This document shows positions 1 to 13,917 of a stretch of DNA of 64,000 bases, one piece after another. The stretch comes from Lytechinus pictus (Eukaryota): positions 23,064,001-23,128,000 of the forward strand of contig NC_087257.1 in NCBI RefSeq assembly GCF_037042905.1, given 5' to 3'. A program made the translations under genes and the position numbers. Numbering within the stretch: position 1 is the stretch's first letter; each line of letters starts with the position of its first letter. The notes under the pieces were generated by a model that searched no databases, was not told the DNA's origin, and saw nothing but the letters and a program-made list of their open reading frames with translations.

Positions 1-1989
1 CGAAAAATTTACATAGTGACATTAATTTTTATATTATTTTCCAAGTCTTCCCCTCACCTTATTTTATTCACTTGTCTTCCTCTTCTTTTTCCTCTTCTTT
101 TTTGTCCTCTCTTTTCCCCTTTTTCTTTTTTTCATTCTCCCCCCCTTTTTTTTGGGGGGGGGGGGGGTCGCGGACCCTCGGCCCCCTCGATCCGCCTATG
201 CATTTGGTAAAGATTCAATTGAAGTATTATATCAAAATATTCCATTGTTACAAAAGTGCATGTTGTGACCATTAAATCACCTTTTTATTCTTTATGAAAA
301 TTGTTACATTTGAGGATATTAGCACCGTTTGTCTTCACGCAACACTTTATTTTTCGCATTTGAACAGTACATACTTCGGGGTCAGTGGTACGGTCCATGT
401 TTAGAGGGAGTGTGGTATAAAAATGGTGACTTTGATGNNNNNNNNNNNNNNNNNNNNNNNNNNNNNNNNNNNNNNNNNNNNNNNNNNNNNNNNNNNNNNN
501 NNNNNNNNNNNNNNNNNNNNNNNNNNNNNNNNNNNNNNNNNNNNNNNNNNNNNNNNNNNNNNNNNNNNNNNNNNNNNNNNNNNNNNNNNNNNNNNNNNNN
601 NNNNNNNNNNNNNNNNNNNNNNNNNNNNNNNNNTGATGAATGATGATGATAATGAGGCGACGAAGAGGATTGATTGGTATATATCTGGTGAAGAGTAGGC
701 CTAATGATTCGCATCTTTTTAGTAGGCGTACCAACTCCCTCCCTAGAGAAAAAATATTTTAAAACTTCATTATTTTTAAACTTCTAATAGCTATACAGCC
801 TCCAACCTCAGCTTTGACAACCTCAGCAAATTGCTGCTGCCCTCAACGTTATAGCGATTATAAATTTGTTTACATTAAGTTGTACCAAACCCCACAATGA
901 TAAAAAGGCACGATCTATGAAAGAAACAAAATCAACTCAGTATCAAACACGATTATATAATATGCCATAGCTAGTCCTTAAAGTCGATCGGCACTATATA
1001 GGCCAATATGGGGGGGGGGGGGGGGTGGGCATCGGGTAGTTTGGTGTGGTTGAATTTTCAGGGGACATTATAGTCCTTTTTTCATCTTTGTCGCTATGAT
1101 TTTACTAAAAATGTTATTTCCCGCATGTTCCTCCATTTCAATATTGCATGCACTGTGAAAGGGAACAACTAAAAGATCACCCTTCTGCGCGAAGCGCGTA
1201 AACTTGAGTTTGGGTTATTGGGCAAATGCTCAGTTGTTCGGTCGCCCTTCTCCCTTTCATCGGGCCCCCATCACTGATATCAACAGCGTCATCATCACCT
1301 CGAACCACTGTCATAATCATCACCATTCCAATTTTAAATTCACTTTCACCCATAAAGATGTATTATATTGACAATATATAGACCCCATCTGTATGCTTTC
1401 TGCATCCTCTTGATTTCATCATAATATCAATACCGGTAATCGGTATTATTATTATTATCATTATTATCAATGTAGCAGGGATAATAATAGTAACCGGTAA
1501 TGTAAGTTTGTTCTCGTTGTGTATATTTCTATATATTATCTTATAGTTTGTGCTCTGATTCTCTGAGAGTACAACTCGGCCGGCCTATCGACCTTATCTT
1601 GACCATTGCAAAAAAAACAACCGGGCCGATCGAAGGCAAGAAAATTTTGTCAATAAAACGACATGTGCATGTGTGTGCATAATAGAAGTAGAGCGAGGTC
1701 AAAATGAAGTGGTGTGAGAGACCTCATGAATTATGCATAAAAACGTAAGTGGGTGTGTTTGTCTTATTAGTGTATGAATACCTGACAGATTTTAAATTCA
1801 TATAAATGTTCAACCAATATTTGCATGTTTGGATTCCTAAGAACACAATTTCGACATTGATTGCGGATAGTTTTTTCATGAAAAATTTAGTTTATATTCC
1901 AATTCAGTTCTTGCTTTAGCTTTCAAGGCGTCCGATTTTCTGTATTTTTGCTCACTTTCAAAATACACTCTGAATTTTAGACTATCTCT

Positions 1990-2239
1990 TCTCGGTCAGT
2001 CGACTGATACTGGCTTTTTATTGGTTCACCTTTTTGCATACATTACCATAATAATAATAATGATCGCGCGATCGGACCACAACAGCTGAGATCTGAGCCG
2101 ACAAACGTAAACGGAGTGTGCATGAGTGAACCAACCTCACCGGTATTTCATACTTTATCACCAGATTTCGAAGCGAAACGACAAAATATTCAACTATTGA
2201 CCGTCTCTTTCATGTTCTTGAGGAACAGGCTAATATAAG
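1990..2239 (+). promoter_or_regulatory. Putative INSIG promoter and non-coding first exon
   Basis: Locally CpG-rich stretch upstream of the CpG-poor gene body. Reverse CCAAT (ATTGG) at 2020, SRE-like TCACC motifs at 2136 and 2157, strong donor AAG|GTGAGT at 2239/2240. Confidence 0.4.
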
Positions 2240-2923
2240 GTGAGTGTATTTACCGATTCAGTGGAATAGAATATAAGTTTTATTTAGATGTAAAAGTTAC
2301 AGTTTTCAGGCAAAATGAACAACGTAAGAGTTAAAACAAATGCAGCAACATCATGAATCATTGAATGTGATGTGTGTCAATTGATAGACCAAAAGCTTCA
2401 GAATCAGACATTCTCTCACATGTTATGTATTTTGGTTGTTCCGCTGAACTACGTCTACGATGGTGAATGGGGGTGATAGTAAAATGTCAGAAATTGTTAA
2501 ATAAATCCCCAGAAACGACAGTTATTCCTGTCAGGCCTTGCCTTGCCCTTGGTTAACGTTGGGACTTGGTTTTTCTTTTGTTGCATGTGGCATGTTTTTG
2601 TGTTTAATTTTGTTTTGAACTGAGTCAGTGAGTGAAGCCTGAGGCTGAGTCGAGACTGAGTGAAGGAGTAACGTTGGACATGATTATGTCCAGTTTTTGT
2701 AGCGGAAGAAATATTGATCTGAAGACTTTGAGTTGTGACTTAACGTTAGGCCTAAAATTAACGTTACGCCTAAAAATAACGTTACGGTACATGTAGGCTA
2801 TACCTCATCCTCAACTTGATATTCGTGCAGGCTTCACTCCACTTCAATACCGCTACACTACGTAGCCTACGCTCCACAGCCTCCACTTACCCGAACATCA
2901 AGGTACAGAACTCGCTCGGATAC

Positions 2924-3412
2924 TCTGAGTGGCAAAGGTGGGAAAAAATGCATATTGTAAAAATTGTAGGCCTAGGCCTATGTCGAAATGGCATAAAAAA
3001 AGAATTAAGGCTTAATTTCTTAATTTATACCCTACTTTCACTCCATATCCATCCTCCGGTTAGCCTCAAAATTGGTGATTTAGATCTAGTCTTTTTAGAG
3101 CCAACATGGAGTTCCTCACACGTATAGATAATTTGCTGCCGATTTCAAAACATCGCATGCTCGAGGTCTGAGCTCAGACCCTCACGCATGCAATGTTTTG
3201 AAATCGGCAGCGAATTATTTATACGTGTGAGGAACTCCATGTTGGCTCTAAATCACCAATTTTGAGGCTAATCGGGGGATGGATATGTACTTAGTGAAAT
3301 TAGGGTGTAAAGTAAGAAATTAAGCTTTTATTCTTTTTTTTTATGCTGCTTCGACTTTCGACATGTATTTTTTACAATAGATATGCATTTTTACCCACCT
3401 TTGCCACTCAGA
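2924..3412. mobile_element. About 490-bp spacerless palindrome (foldback MITE)
   Basis: Arms TCTGAGTGGCAAAGGTGGG... and ...CCCACCTTTGCCACTCAGA are imperfectly complementary over their whole length, centred on GGTCTGAG|CTCAGACC (3165-3180). Confidence 0.85.
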
Positions 3413-6400
3413 CTTTATTGATACAGTTTTCTGCATTATCCTGATTATAAATAGATCTAGGTCTAGGCCTAGATCTAAACTAGTCCTATCCTAGACTCAC
3501 ACCTAATGCGTATAAAGGTATGATAGTTCCCCCCCCAAAAAAAAAAACGTAGCTTCGATGATCTGTATTATGAAGTGCCGTTTTGAAGAAAAATTCATAG
3601 AATATAGATTGAAAATGTTTTTTATTGAATAATAAAATTTAGATATTGATTGATACTAATTATTACAATGATAATTATTAACAATCAATATTCAAATTTT
3701 AAGAAATTCCAGAGCAAGAGTTTTAAGAGGGTGTACCTGGCTAAGTGACCGGATGTCAGACCCCCTTATGAATATGCAATTATGTTCTACATTATTCAAT
3801 TAAGCCAGAGTCGCTACATGTAGGAAGCGTTTGGGGAGTAAAAATCATTCACTAGCTCAAGTTTACTTTGGAGAGTAACCTTGCGTATCCTAAATGAATT
3901 ATTTTTAGTCCCCATGCGTCTCCAGATAAAGTGAAAGTGAGTCTCCATTGATCAACAGTTATTTCTAGATCAAATGTAGAGCAGCCTCGAGGTGTTTGGA
4001 GAGTAAAATCAATTTGCTAATCCAAGATAGACAGTATCTAGGGATTAGCCCACATGAGCAAATAATTGTTACTCTCCAAATGTATTGCCAGTTGTGATAC
4101 ATGTTATGTCTAGACAAGACAGCTATCCAGGAATTTTTCAGTACAAATTTCATAAATGATTGCAAGTAATGTCAGACAGTTCCACAAATTATTTTTGAAA
4201 TTTATACTCATGCATGAATTTAGGAGAATATCAAGAACTGCAAAAAATGATGTTTATTGGCTTAAGTGTTAGGACATTTGACCCATCCATCCTACAGAGA
4301 AACACAAGCCCTATAGTATCAGTGTAATTGTATTTTGGGAATCAAATCCAACTAAAATTGTTTAAAAAGAAACAGAAACCAAAGTGAGAAAGTTCAGCTT
4401 TGTAAAAAAAAAATGTAAAAAAATTGTGATCACAATACCCCCCCCCCCACCTCCCCCTTCCATTTCCTCTAAGGCACAAAGTAGCTTAAATATGTTTTTA
4501 CAAAAATTTTAATCAGAATATTTAATCTCCTCTACAGATATGAATTATAGTCACTTAGTGGGGTGAAAGAGGATAATGGAAAAGTATCACAGATTTTGAA
4601 GGGCTATATTTACATGTATGTTAACTGAAAAGTACATGTAGATAATAAATATACATGTAGGATATTAGTCTTCACCACTTGTCACTATCTACTCGCTGAA
4701 TTGCCATTAGCGATCTCCTTTTTCAAACAGCTATAGTTTTCTGAAACCTTGTTGAGTTTTAATGATAATAATTAATTAATACTCAATTTTTATATCTATG
4801 GTGCAAATTACAGTTAAGTCTCTTATTGCTCTAAAAGGTAGTATGCGAAAGAGATAGATAGAAATTGAAAAACAAAAATATTGAACCTGATACAGCATTA
4901 AACATAACCTAAAAACATCACTTTACTGTTACATATTAAGACTTGAAGAATTTTGACTATTTGGAACTACATGTATATAATACATCATTAGGAAATTTGA
5001 GCTTATCTTTGGAAAAGGTAACACTTTGGAAAAGTTTTAAGCTTTTGTTTGTTCTAAACTAATTTTGTCTTTTATACTAAAATTGCATTTCACTATTTAA
5101 ACTTAACATTCATGTATTTCTAGATGACTTCACACAATTCTTTCTTACTTCTATAAACATTGGTTGTAATAAAAAGAGTAACAGTTTTGGGGGAAACAGA
5201 TTCAGCTTTTGGATTTTTAGTGAAAATTAAGTGTGCAGACATGGGACTTTCAAACATAAGATTTCCTGTAATGGATTCAGCAAGATTCTTTGTTAAATTC
5301 ACAAAGCATGTTGTCAATGTATCCAGCATGTACACGTTTGAGTGGTTTGCAAGCAATCAATCTCAAGCAATTTTTTGTATCAAATAGCAATCTTTCATTT
5401 TATAATCAATAAGGCCTACAATACATGTACATACTATTGATTTGATCATTAGTATTTGCACTCAATCGCAAATTTCATCATTTCCATGAAAGGTTCTTGA
5501 CCCTCACTCCCTCAATTTGTGATGGTGATGATGATACTTGAACATTGGATATGTGCTGCATAAAACAATACTTTTTAGAAATGAATAAAAAAGGAGATTT
5601 CAGTTCACACCGTGTCTCATTTTTATACATTAAAAAAAAAATTGCAGTGTTTGTTATTACTTCAAAAATGCAGAGGACTTTGCTCAATTCATACAGTGCA
5701 AACGTGCAAACATGTCGACATATTAAGCTTTTGTTTAGTATATTTGGCAAATTCCTCATTCTGTACTTGCTCTCCCCAATATGTGAACATTACCATGAAA
5801 ATAATGTACTAATGTGATTTCCATTTATACTGTACTTGTTTGAGTTGTTTCATAAAAATATCCTTGAACTCGGGGCAGCACAGCAGAGCAGCACAGCATT
5901 GATGTGTAAATTGTAGGACTTTACATTTTGTTGTACACATAGGCTACAGTGGCACGTATACAAGGGCATGTTCATTATCAAGTCTCACTGAACACTAAGT
6001 ACTGTACACACTAAAGCAGAGAGTGGAGGCTACATGTAATCTCTGTACAAGAAGGATGCAGGCTTTTATGTGTGATGTAGGTCACTGGTCAATTTCTATT
6101 GCCCTGACCTCATTAGGACTTAGGAGTTGGAAAGATGCTTAGTCAAGTGGACAAAGCTGGACAATCGCACTGGTCACGTTTTCGTGCTCCAAAGGGTGAA
6201 GGTTATGTAGAGTGAGCTCAAGATGCAGGTCACTTGTTAACCCTTTATTACTGCACTATAGCAAGCTTGATGGGGGGGGGGGGGGCATTGCCGCATAGGG
6301 ACAGTGCCTAAAAAAATTAAAGAGGGGGAAAGAAAGGAAGAAAGATTATTGAATAAAGATAGATAATTGTGCATTTTGCATGTACAATGTACATGTGTAT

Positions 6401-6691
6401 GGAGTATTCATTACACAATGAAGGTTACAATGATCTACTACATGTACGTGGATTCTGATATTTACTTCCGGTACTTAATGTACCATTACTTTCAATCACC
6501 AATTTACATGCACATGAAATTGTGTCCGTGTAGGTCTACTAGTGATGTTGATTTGAAAGTGCATTTTAAACCTCTCTCAATAACAACAACAGCAGCAAAA
6601 ATTAATCTGAATCTTTTAATAGATCACAGTTTCTGACTCATTTTCAGGAGTGCTATGAGTTTGGAAAGGTAACAGAAAGTCTGTAATTTAA

Positions 6692-7281
6692 AGGGGAATT
6701 CAACCCAAACAAAAACTTGTTTTTATAAGAAAAAGAAAAATCAGACAAGTTGATAGGTGAAAGTTTGAACAATATTGGACAAACAAGAAAGTTATGAATT
6801 TTTCAAAGTTGTAAATATTGGTAATCACTATACTCATGGAGACTTCATATTGGCCGCGTATGGGATGTCATAGTGATGTAAGGCAAGGACTACTCTTCCA
6901 TGTACTTTATACATATTATGGCTAAAATGTCATTTTTCCCAAAAGTTTTATTTCAAATTATATTTTTCTTTCATGAGGACATTAAGCAATATACTACCTG
7001 GGTTATATTTAGATTACTGCCCCAGGGGAATGGGTACTTAGGAGAAAACCACAAATCCCTGATAATAAAGTACATGGCCTATGGGAAAGTTGTCCTTGCC
7101 CCTTCTCATAATTTACTTACCCAGTTGCCAATTTGAAATCTACATATAATAGTGATCTCAATTTTAAAGCAGCTATAACTTTCTTATTGCTTGTCCGATT
7201 TCTTTCAAACTTTCGCCATTCTGTTTAATTTATTTTTCTCCTTCCCAACAAAACATTTTATGGCCAAGGCTGGATTCCCCT
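6692..7281. mobile_element. Non-autonomous Kolobok-type MITE (TTAA TSD)
   Basis: TTAA|AGGGGAATTCAACC ... GGCTGGATTCCCCT|TTAA. A second, decayed AGGGGAA-start element begins immediately after, at 7286. Confidence 0.8.
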
Positions 7282-8883
7282 TTAAAGGGGAAATTCTCTC
7301 TGATGTCAAGTTCTTATACTAAAAGCAGAAAATTTTGAAAAAAGTTTGACTAAAAAATGGTTGGTTGAAAATTTGTAGAAAGTGTTGAGGACTTTTCCAA
7401 GATTCGAACTGTCTGACTTGCATGATTTTCTGATGAAATATAACGATACAGAAGATTGCTGCTAGCTTGTCATGTCAAAAAAGATAAAAATTCATCCACA
7501 GTTAGTATACAAATATACCAGGCTTTGAGTAATTATCGCGGAAATTATTTGTCTGAGGTTGGACTGGCAAATAGTAAATTACATGTATGCCATTACAACT
7601 GAGGATGAATAATCCTCTTTTTACTTTTGAAATAAAGGCCTGGTATATTTGTTTTATATCCTACATTTTATAAGTTAGAACAACAGATCTTGATAATCTA
7701 GTTTTTATACACATAGTTCATCTTTTTTTAATCTGAACCAAAATATAGATATTGTGCTGCGCTGACTGACCTACTTTTCCTGAAGCTCTGCGCATTTGTG
7801 CCTGCGCCCGAGAGATTGCGCGATCCGTGTCAATGATCTGTGAGGTTAATGATGGAATACATGTAGTGCATTATTCCATCATTGACGTCACAGAATAGCA
7901 ATTTTTCTTCAGTGGGTGTTTCATTTCTAACATTATTGCAAAATGTTGGGTCACATGATGCTATTTAAACCAATCAGCATACATTATTTAATTTATGTAA
8001 GATATAATAGTTATTAATTATTATTGTATTGAGGGAGAGTGAAAATACTCTCATTCATTTCATTCAATAATATATACATGTAAAATCATACAAATATCAT
8101 ACATTATTTTGAACATAAATATATAAATATAATCATGAAACATTTTTTTAAATTTCTCTTCTATTATAAACAACTTGACATTATAAAGTAGTAGATTCCC
8201 AGGGAAACACATAGCAGTATACCGTATTGATGATGATATTCATATTGATCCAATGTGTATTGTTGATAATAATCGGCATGAGGAATTTTGCATTGTGTGC
8301 AATGTGACATTTAATCAAGCTCTACAAATAAATGGGCATGACAAAGATAATTTTTGGCTCAATTTCAAAAGATTAATATGTTGATACTGTACATCTCACA
8401 TTAGTCTATACACACACTTGCAATGTACAGGTACTGTATATACATGTACATGTAGCCTACATAAAACATTCATTTTACAGAAGGAGACTCGAGTCCGATC
8501 ATATTGAAACCAAGTACATGTATATCATGTGGTGCATGCAATAACCGATGCATAATGATGACATCTGTTACATTAATAACATTTAAATTCTCTCTGCTTT
8601 GTTTTCCATGTAGACCTACAGAACCCAAGTTGAACCTCTTAATCTGAACCTTCATATTTTCCTGCTGAAATGTCACATGATCCATCTTCCTGCCTTTAGT
8701 AGCCAGCTACGTATTCAAGGACCTGTACCTAGGCTACACATATGCTGCAATAGTGAGCTCCATTCACTACTACACATCCTGCTTGCCCAACTTGCTGAAA
8801 CTGTTACATTCCATCATAGAATAGAATAGGTGGTCTGCAGAATAAGCCAAAATCAGACAATAAACCAAAATCAGACAATAAAC

Positions 8884-11800
8884 ATGGCTTCTCAGGGGCC
8901 AGTGTCCTCTCCGCAGAATCCCAGCGGTCAGTCGTCCATACTAAGTGGTCAACAACCCAAGGAGAGCTTGAGCACCCATTCCTTTGGCCATACCATGGCC
9001 ATTCTTCTGGACAGACAGAAAGTAAAGGTAGGTTATCCAATAAATCCCATAAAGACAATTACAATACAATATGATTTTAGTACAATACATATTTTCAATA
9101 TAATTAGTCTATAACAAGTTATCTGTGTAGCCTGTAGGGCTCAATTAGTTTATTCTTAGTTAAGCTGATTTAAAAAAAAGAAAAGAAAAGCTATCCAGTT
9201 AGGTTTTCACATTCTCCCAGAATTTTAAGCTAGATTTGCGGAGGTGTCATGGTGTAGTGGTTCAGTCACTTGACTCTCAAAACTAAGGGTTGAGGGTTCG
9301 AATCCCACCTGGCACTAATGTCCTTTGGCAAGGCACTTATCCACGTTTGTCACTCTCCACCCAGGTATTAAATGGGTACCCGGTAGGATGTAAAAGTCAA
9401 TGTGCTTAGATTGGCATGTGTGCAATGATAATTGGTTGCCTGGCCAAGATACTCCCCAGGGAGTAGAGATGGTTTACTTTTATGTGTGGGACAGTGATGG
9501 ATCCTATGACCAGGGTAATAATAATCACAATGTAAAGCACTTAGAAACCAACGTATAAAGTGCTATATATTATTATTACTGTATTTAGTTCAGAAAATCA
9601 GCACTGATTTTTTTTTTTTTGGTCAAAGTGATTAATTATTGTCCAATAGTTTAAATACTTCTGGTATGTTTGTACCTTTCATACAGTATGTACTGAATCA
9701 ACGATTCCCCTTGCCAGGCTTGCCCATTGCACACAATTCTGTACAACCATTTCGTTTAGTTTGTTTTGTTTGATTATTTACAGCTATGTCGATCCTTGTG
9801 CAGACGCGGTGTTGTTCTCTTCCTTATTGGCATTGTGATGGCTCTTGTACTTAATCTTCTTCAAGTCCAGAATAATGTCACCTTGTTCCCCCCTGAGACT
9901 CTGGACAGTATTTCCTCCTCGGCCTGGTGGGTTGCACCTTTCTGTGGCTCTGCTGCTGGTGAGTTAAAGCTAAGCTTATGTAATCTCAGAAAGCAATATT
10001 TCATGAGAATGTCTTTAAAATACATGTAAAGGTTAATTTTTACCTTATGTTAATTTTGTAGATCTAGCAGGTGTATTGGTCTGTAAGCAATGTGACCCTA
10101 AGAAATGGTCTAGTCTATTCTGAGAAGCTTAGATACACCAAAGATCACAAACATAGATAAGCACATGTGGGACAGTGTATTATTGCTAGGAAAAAGACCC
10201 ATCACTAACTGGCAGGGATGACATATTTATTTGGCTAATTTTTTCAGCAATTTTGCATTTTATTATTCATCATATAATTTAGGGAACATTTCTCCATATA
10301 AAAACTTGAGATCCACATCTTTGAGTTGGTGATTTAACAAATTATACGATTCTCATCCATTTTTTCTTTGAACAGTTCTTGTTGGCCTCCTCTACCCATG
10401 CATAGATGATAAGCTTGGAGAGACGCCATATTACAAGAGAGAGTGGTCCCATGTCATGCGATGTCTTGCCGTCTTCGTAGGAATTAACCATGCTTGTGCT
10501 GTATCCTTGACAAACGTAGTATAAAATGATTTTTTTTTAATGGATGACACAGTAATATTCAGCAGATAATCAATCTTGAAGGAAAGAATGTTTGAATTCC
10601 ATCAGTACTTGCCAGAAATTGAGCATGGGGCAATTGCACCACATTCACCAATTGCTTTGGGATATTTTTCAAAGAGGAGGCTGAAGTCTTTGATATACTA
10701 GCAGGGTTGAGTATGAATGCTTACCAGGGTCCCGTATCACAAATTTTAGCGATTAATCGTATGCTTAATTTTCATGATTGATCGTACATTGTAGTCAATG
10801 GAATCAATCGTAGAAAAATGTTCCACGATCATTGCTAAGCTTTGTGTTATTGGCCCTTGAAAGCTTGCAAAATGTGTGCATTTTTACGTCAAGTAACTGT
10901 ACATTTTTATTACTAACTAGTTAGAAATACCTCGTTTCCCAACAAAGAAACCTTGATTACTTGGTATAAATTGGTCCCTTTCTCTGTATGGGGCAGGAAA
11001 GGAAATCATGTGGATATCATAAATGTTTTAAATTTCTTTTTAATATCTTCAAATCTGGGAGTGTTTCATGAAAGGACTTGTCTGACGTGGCGACGTTGTA
11101 TTCGACAAGTTCTGCTTTATCCAACAATAATCATAGGGAGTTCTTCTCAGCACATTAACATCAAGGAAAGTTGTAAGATCTGATAACTTGTCAGATTTAA
11201 TATGTTGATGCTGTAAGTATAGTCCTTGACTCTATGCCAACACAGAAAATTGAATTTGGCAATAATCTCCAATTTTCTCTGACATTGGCTGCAATGTCCC
11301 TCGGTCTATGGTGGCTCTTTGACCGATCGAGGAGTGGGTTTGGTCTTGCCCTCACCATTGCCTTCTTAGCCACTCTCATCACACAACTCCTTGTCTATAA
11401 GGGAGTTTACAGGTAAGGAGTGTTCACACTGAGTTTCGTTCTCATGTCTATATTCATGTAGATAATACAGTTCAACTCCAGATTTAAGAAAAAGTTTAGT
11501 TCACACTTCTATGGAATGCTAGGTTTAATCTTCCTCTTTGAATATGAAACATTTATGTCAGCAAAAAAAAAATAATTGAGATTAATTCACACATTCCATA
11601 TCTAATAGTATTGCAAGTTTATATTTAGGACACTTTGTAACTCATTGCAGAATTGAAATAATCTGTACTTTTGGAATGAGTTGACAACAGGCAGTGGCAC
11701 TTCATAAAAGTGTGATCTACATGTAAATGATCTAGGATTGACTTGATTGATGCTTTGATATATTTTCATAATTTGCTGAGCAATATTCCTGGATTCATTA

Positions 11801-12761
11801 TGTTTTAAGGATAATTTTTTTAAGATGAGTGGATTAAAGTAATCATGCTTCTTACATGTAGTTATCCTACTATTATAAAGGATTATGTATAACAGGGCTT
11901 TTCCTCACAATGACAAATCACATTAAAACAAAGTTTTAAGATAATTTGCACAAGCTGAAGTACAGTTGGATTACTACAAGTACAATTCAATTCCAAAGTT
12001 CTTTTTTTTTCGCTTTAAAAAATATACATTAATAACGAAAAAGGCCCATTTACAGTATGATCTAATTATGAAAACAAAAAATAACCCAATTTATTTTATC
12101 TGGATAAAAGCTTGTTGCTTACATCTCTTCAACTTAATCTTTCTGTTCCAGGTACACTGAACCCGACTTCCTTTACGTGCGTTCTTGGCTTCCATGTGTG
12201 TTCTTCTCAGGAGGTGTAACAATAGGCAATATAGGCAGACAGCTTGCATTGGTGAGTGCAGTCTGATGGTGTATCATGGGGTTCCAGGAGTGGGGGGGGG
12301 GCATGGGGTAGGTTCCCACTGATGTTATTGGCTTATCTCGTAAAGCTCTTCATAAAATCACACATGACTGGTGACATGTTCTTGTGCTAAATGACATACC
12401 CCATGTAGCTGAATGAGTACAGAATTACATGTTCCATTTGTGGTAAAGTCGTAACTTACAAATGGTCATATGCAGTGCCACTTCAGTCTCAGCATCTAAT
12501 CATAATCAAGTGTGTCATGGAATATAGCATAATGATAATTTCTTATGCAACAGGTCCCTTGGTTGATTGGGCAAATGGAAATTAATATCTTCTTGCCTTG
12601 GAGCTCAGTGCCATGACAGAGTTTAAACAATGCACCTTGTCAACAACAGTATGACAAGATCATGTGTTGCAGAAATACCAGTATTTGAATATTAATTATG
12701 AACATGTCCATGTCTATTCTTTCAGGTTGACCGTCAGTTTGCAAAGGAACACATGAGTTGA
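8884..12761 (+). CDS. INSIG: Insulin-induced gene protein (INSIG1/2 orthologue), about 248 aa, 6 coding exons: 8884-9027, 9784-9958, 10376-10500, 11246-11412, 12152-12251, 12726-12761
   Basis: Spliced translation gives INSIG-family motifs: [134 protein letters not shown]. All introns are GT-AG with consistent phases (0,1,0,2,0). The first exon (ATG in aaacATGG context) and last exon ([11 protein letters not shown]) are less certain than the four core exons. Confidence 0.93.
9239..9580 (+). mobile_element. tRNA-derived SINE with LINE2-like tail
   Basis: Pol III A box TGGTGTAGTGG and B box GGTTCGAATCCC. Central GTCCTTTGGCAAGGCACTT..CTCTCCACCCAGGT..AAATGGGTACC domain. 3' end TGTAAAGCAC..AAAGTGCTATATA followed by (TTA)n. 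Confidence 0.8.
10501..11245 (+). other. U12-type (minor spliceosome) GT-AG intron of INSIG
   Basis: 5' splice site GTATCCTT at 10501. Branch site TCCTTGAC at 11223-11230, about 15 nt before the CAG acceptor, with no polypyrimidine tract. Vertebrate INSIG1/2 are known U12-intron genes. Confidence 0.9.
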
Positions 12762-13917
12762 ATTCATTAGAATGGAAGAAATAGACTTCTATTATGAGAT
12801 TATTCTTGAGACAAAGAACTGACAACTGCAGCTGAATGTAGAAATGCAAGCGAAGAGGCTAGATGTCGCCGAAAGCATAGCAAGATGGCTTCAGAAGCTG
12901 ATGGCATATACAGACTGGAACAACTGCATGTCGGCTTGTATGTAGCATGATAAAATTTGCTCTCTTGAGGACATAATTTATATGCTGCATGTTGCATTGA
13001 TGTTGGAACACTGCAGATGAGCCTTGGCAAGTAAATGACATCTGAATAGTTCTGCGACATCTGTAACAGCTGCGTGAATACTGCCGAAAGATATCCATAG
13101 AGCTGCATTGGTGCCTTCTGCTTAGTCATTTCTTATGGAGCAATTGTTGCAGGACAGCAGGGTTGAGATGCGACCTATTAATGCAGTATTTAAGAGCTTT
13201 TGATGCAGACGTATGTTGTAACGTCTATCATGGCATGATTATTCAAGGGAACTGATTGCCCATTGGCTACTTAGCTGCTTCCTGCATCCAGATCGGACAA
13301 TGTATTTCCTGAGAATTGACTCTTCGCTTAGGAGGACAGGGAGTAGAGACTTATTTGTTAAGTGTTATGCGCTATACAGAAACTGACCATTATTATTTTT
13401 TTATTATTAGATATGAGCATGCATCTTGATTGCTAAAGCTCTCGGTTCTCTTCACCGTGTAGGAGAACATTGACGTTTGGTACTTAGCTGTACTTTTACC
13501 CAAGATGTGCCATGATTGAGATTTACAGAGTGTTAAGAAAACAGTACCTGTAAGCTTTTCCTGCCAAACCTGTGGACATCTGCGCTAAGCCACATGTAAT
13601 ATTTTGACCTGTAACAGGACACAAATGTGACTCCAAACTTAATAACTTGAAGCTGCAGCCAGTGTTGCGCAGATGGTTACTTACTCTAGGGTCTTCCAAA
13701 TTTAGATCCACCCATACTTTGAATTTGTCCATAAGGATGTTCACTCGCACCATTTCAAGTTTATAGTAACTTGGTCTAAAAACTGTTCGCCTACATCTTA
13801 GATAGTTTAATACCCCTTTCGTCCAACTCTCAGTCTAATTCCGAGATGGTCCGATTTCCACTTTGTCTTTTCAATATGTTCTACTTTGTCAAATTGAAGA
13901 TTTGATTCCATAACCAG

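Noticed and set aside
285-734. ORFs spanning N runs (also 23058-23594 and 63578-63988)
   Set aside because: Their lengths are artefacts of assembly gaps.
9239-9315. tRNA gene
   Set aside because: A and B boxes are present, but the sequence continues into a SINE body and tail and I could not build a clean cloverleaf. Treated as a SINE head.
12844-13140. Possible decayed tyrosine-recombinase (DIRS-like) fragment (SIARWLQKL...DIHRAA)
   Set aside because: Multiple stops, wrong motif spacing and only impressionistic similarity. It would need a TBLASTN or HMM hit.
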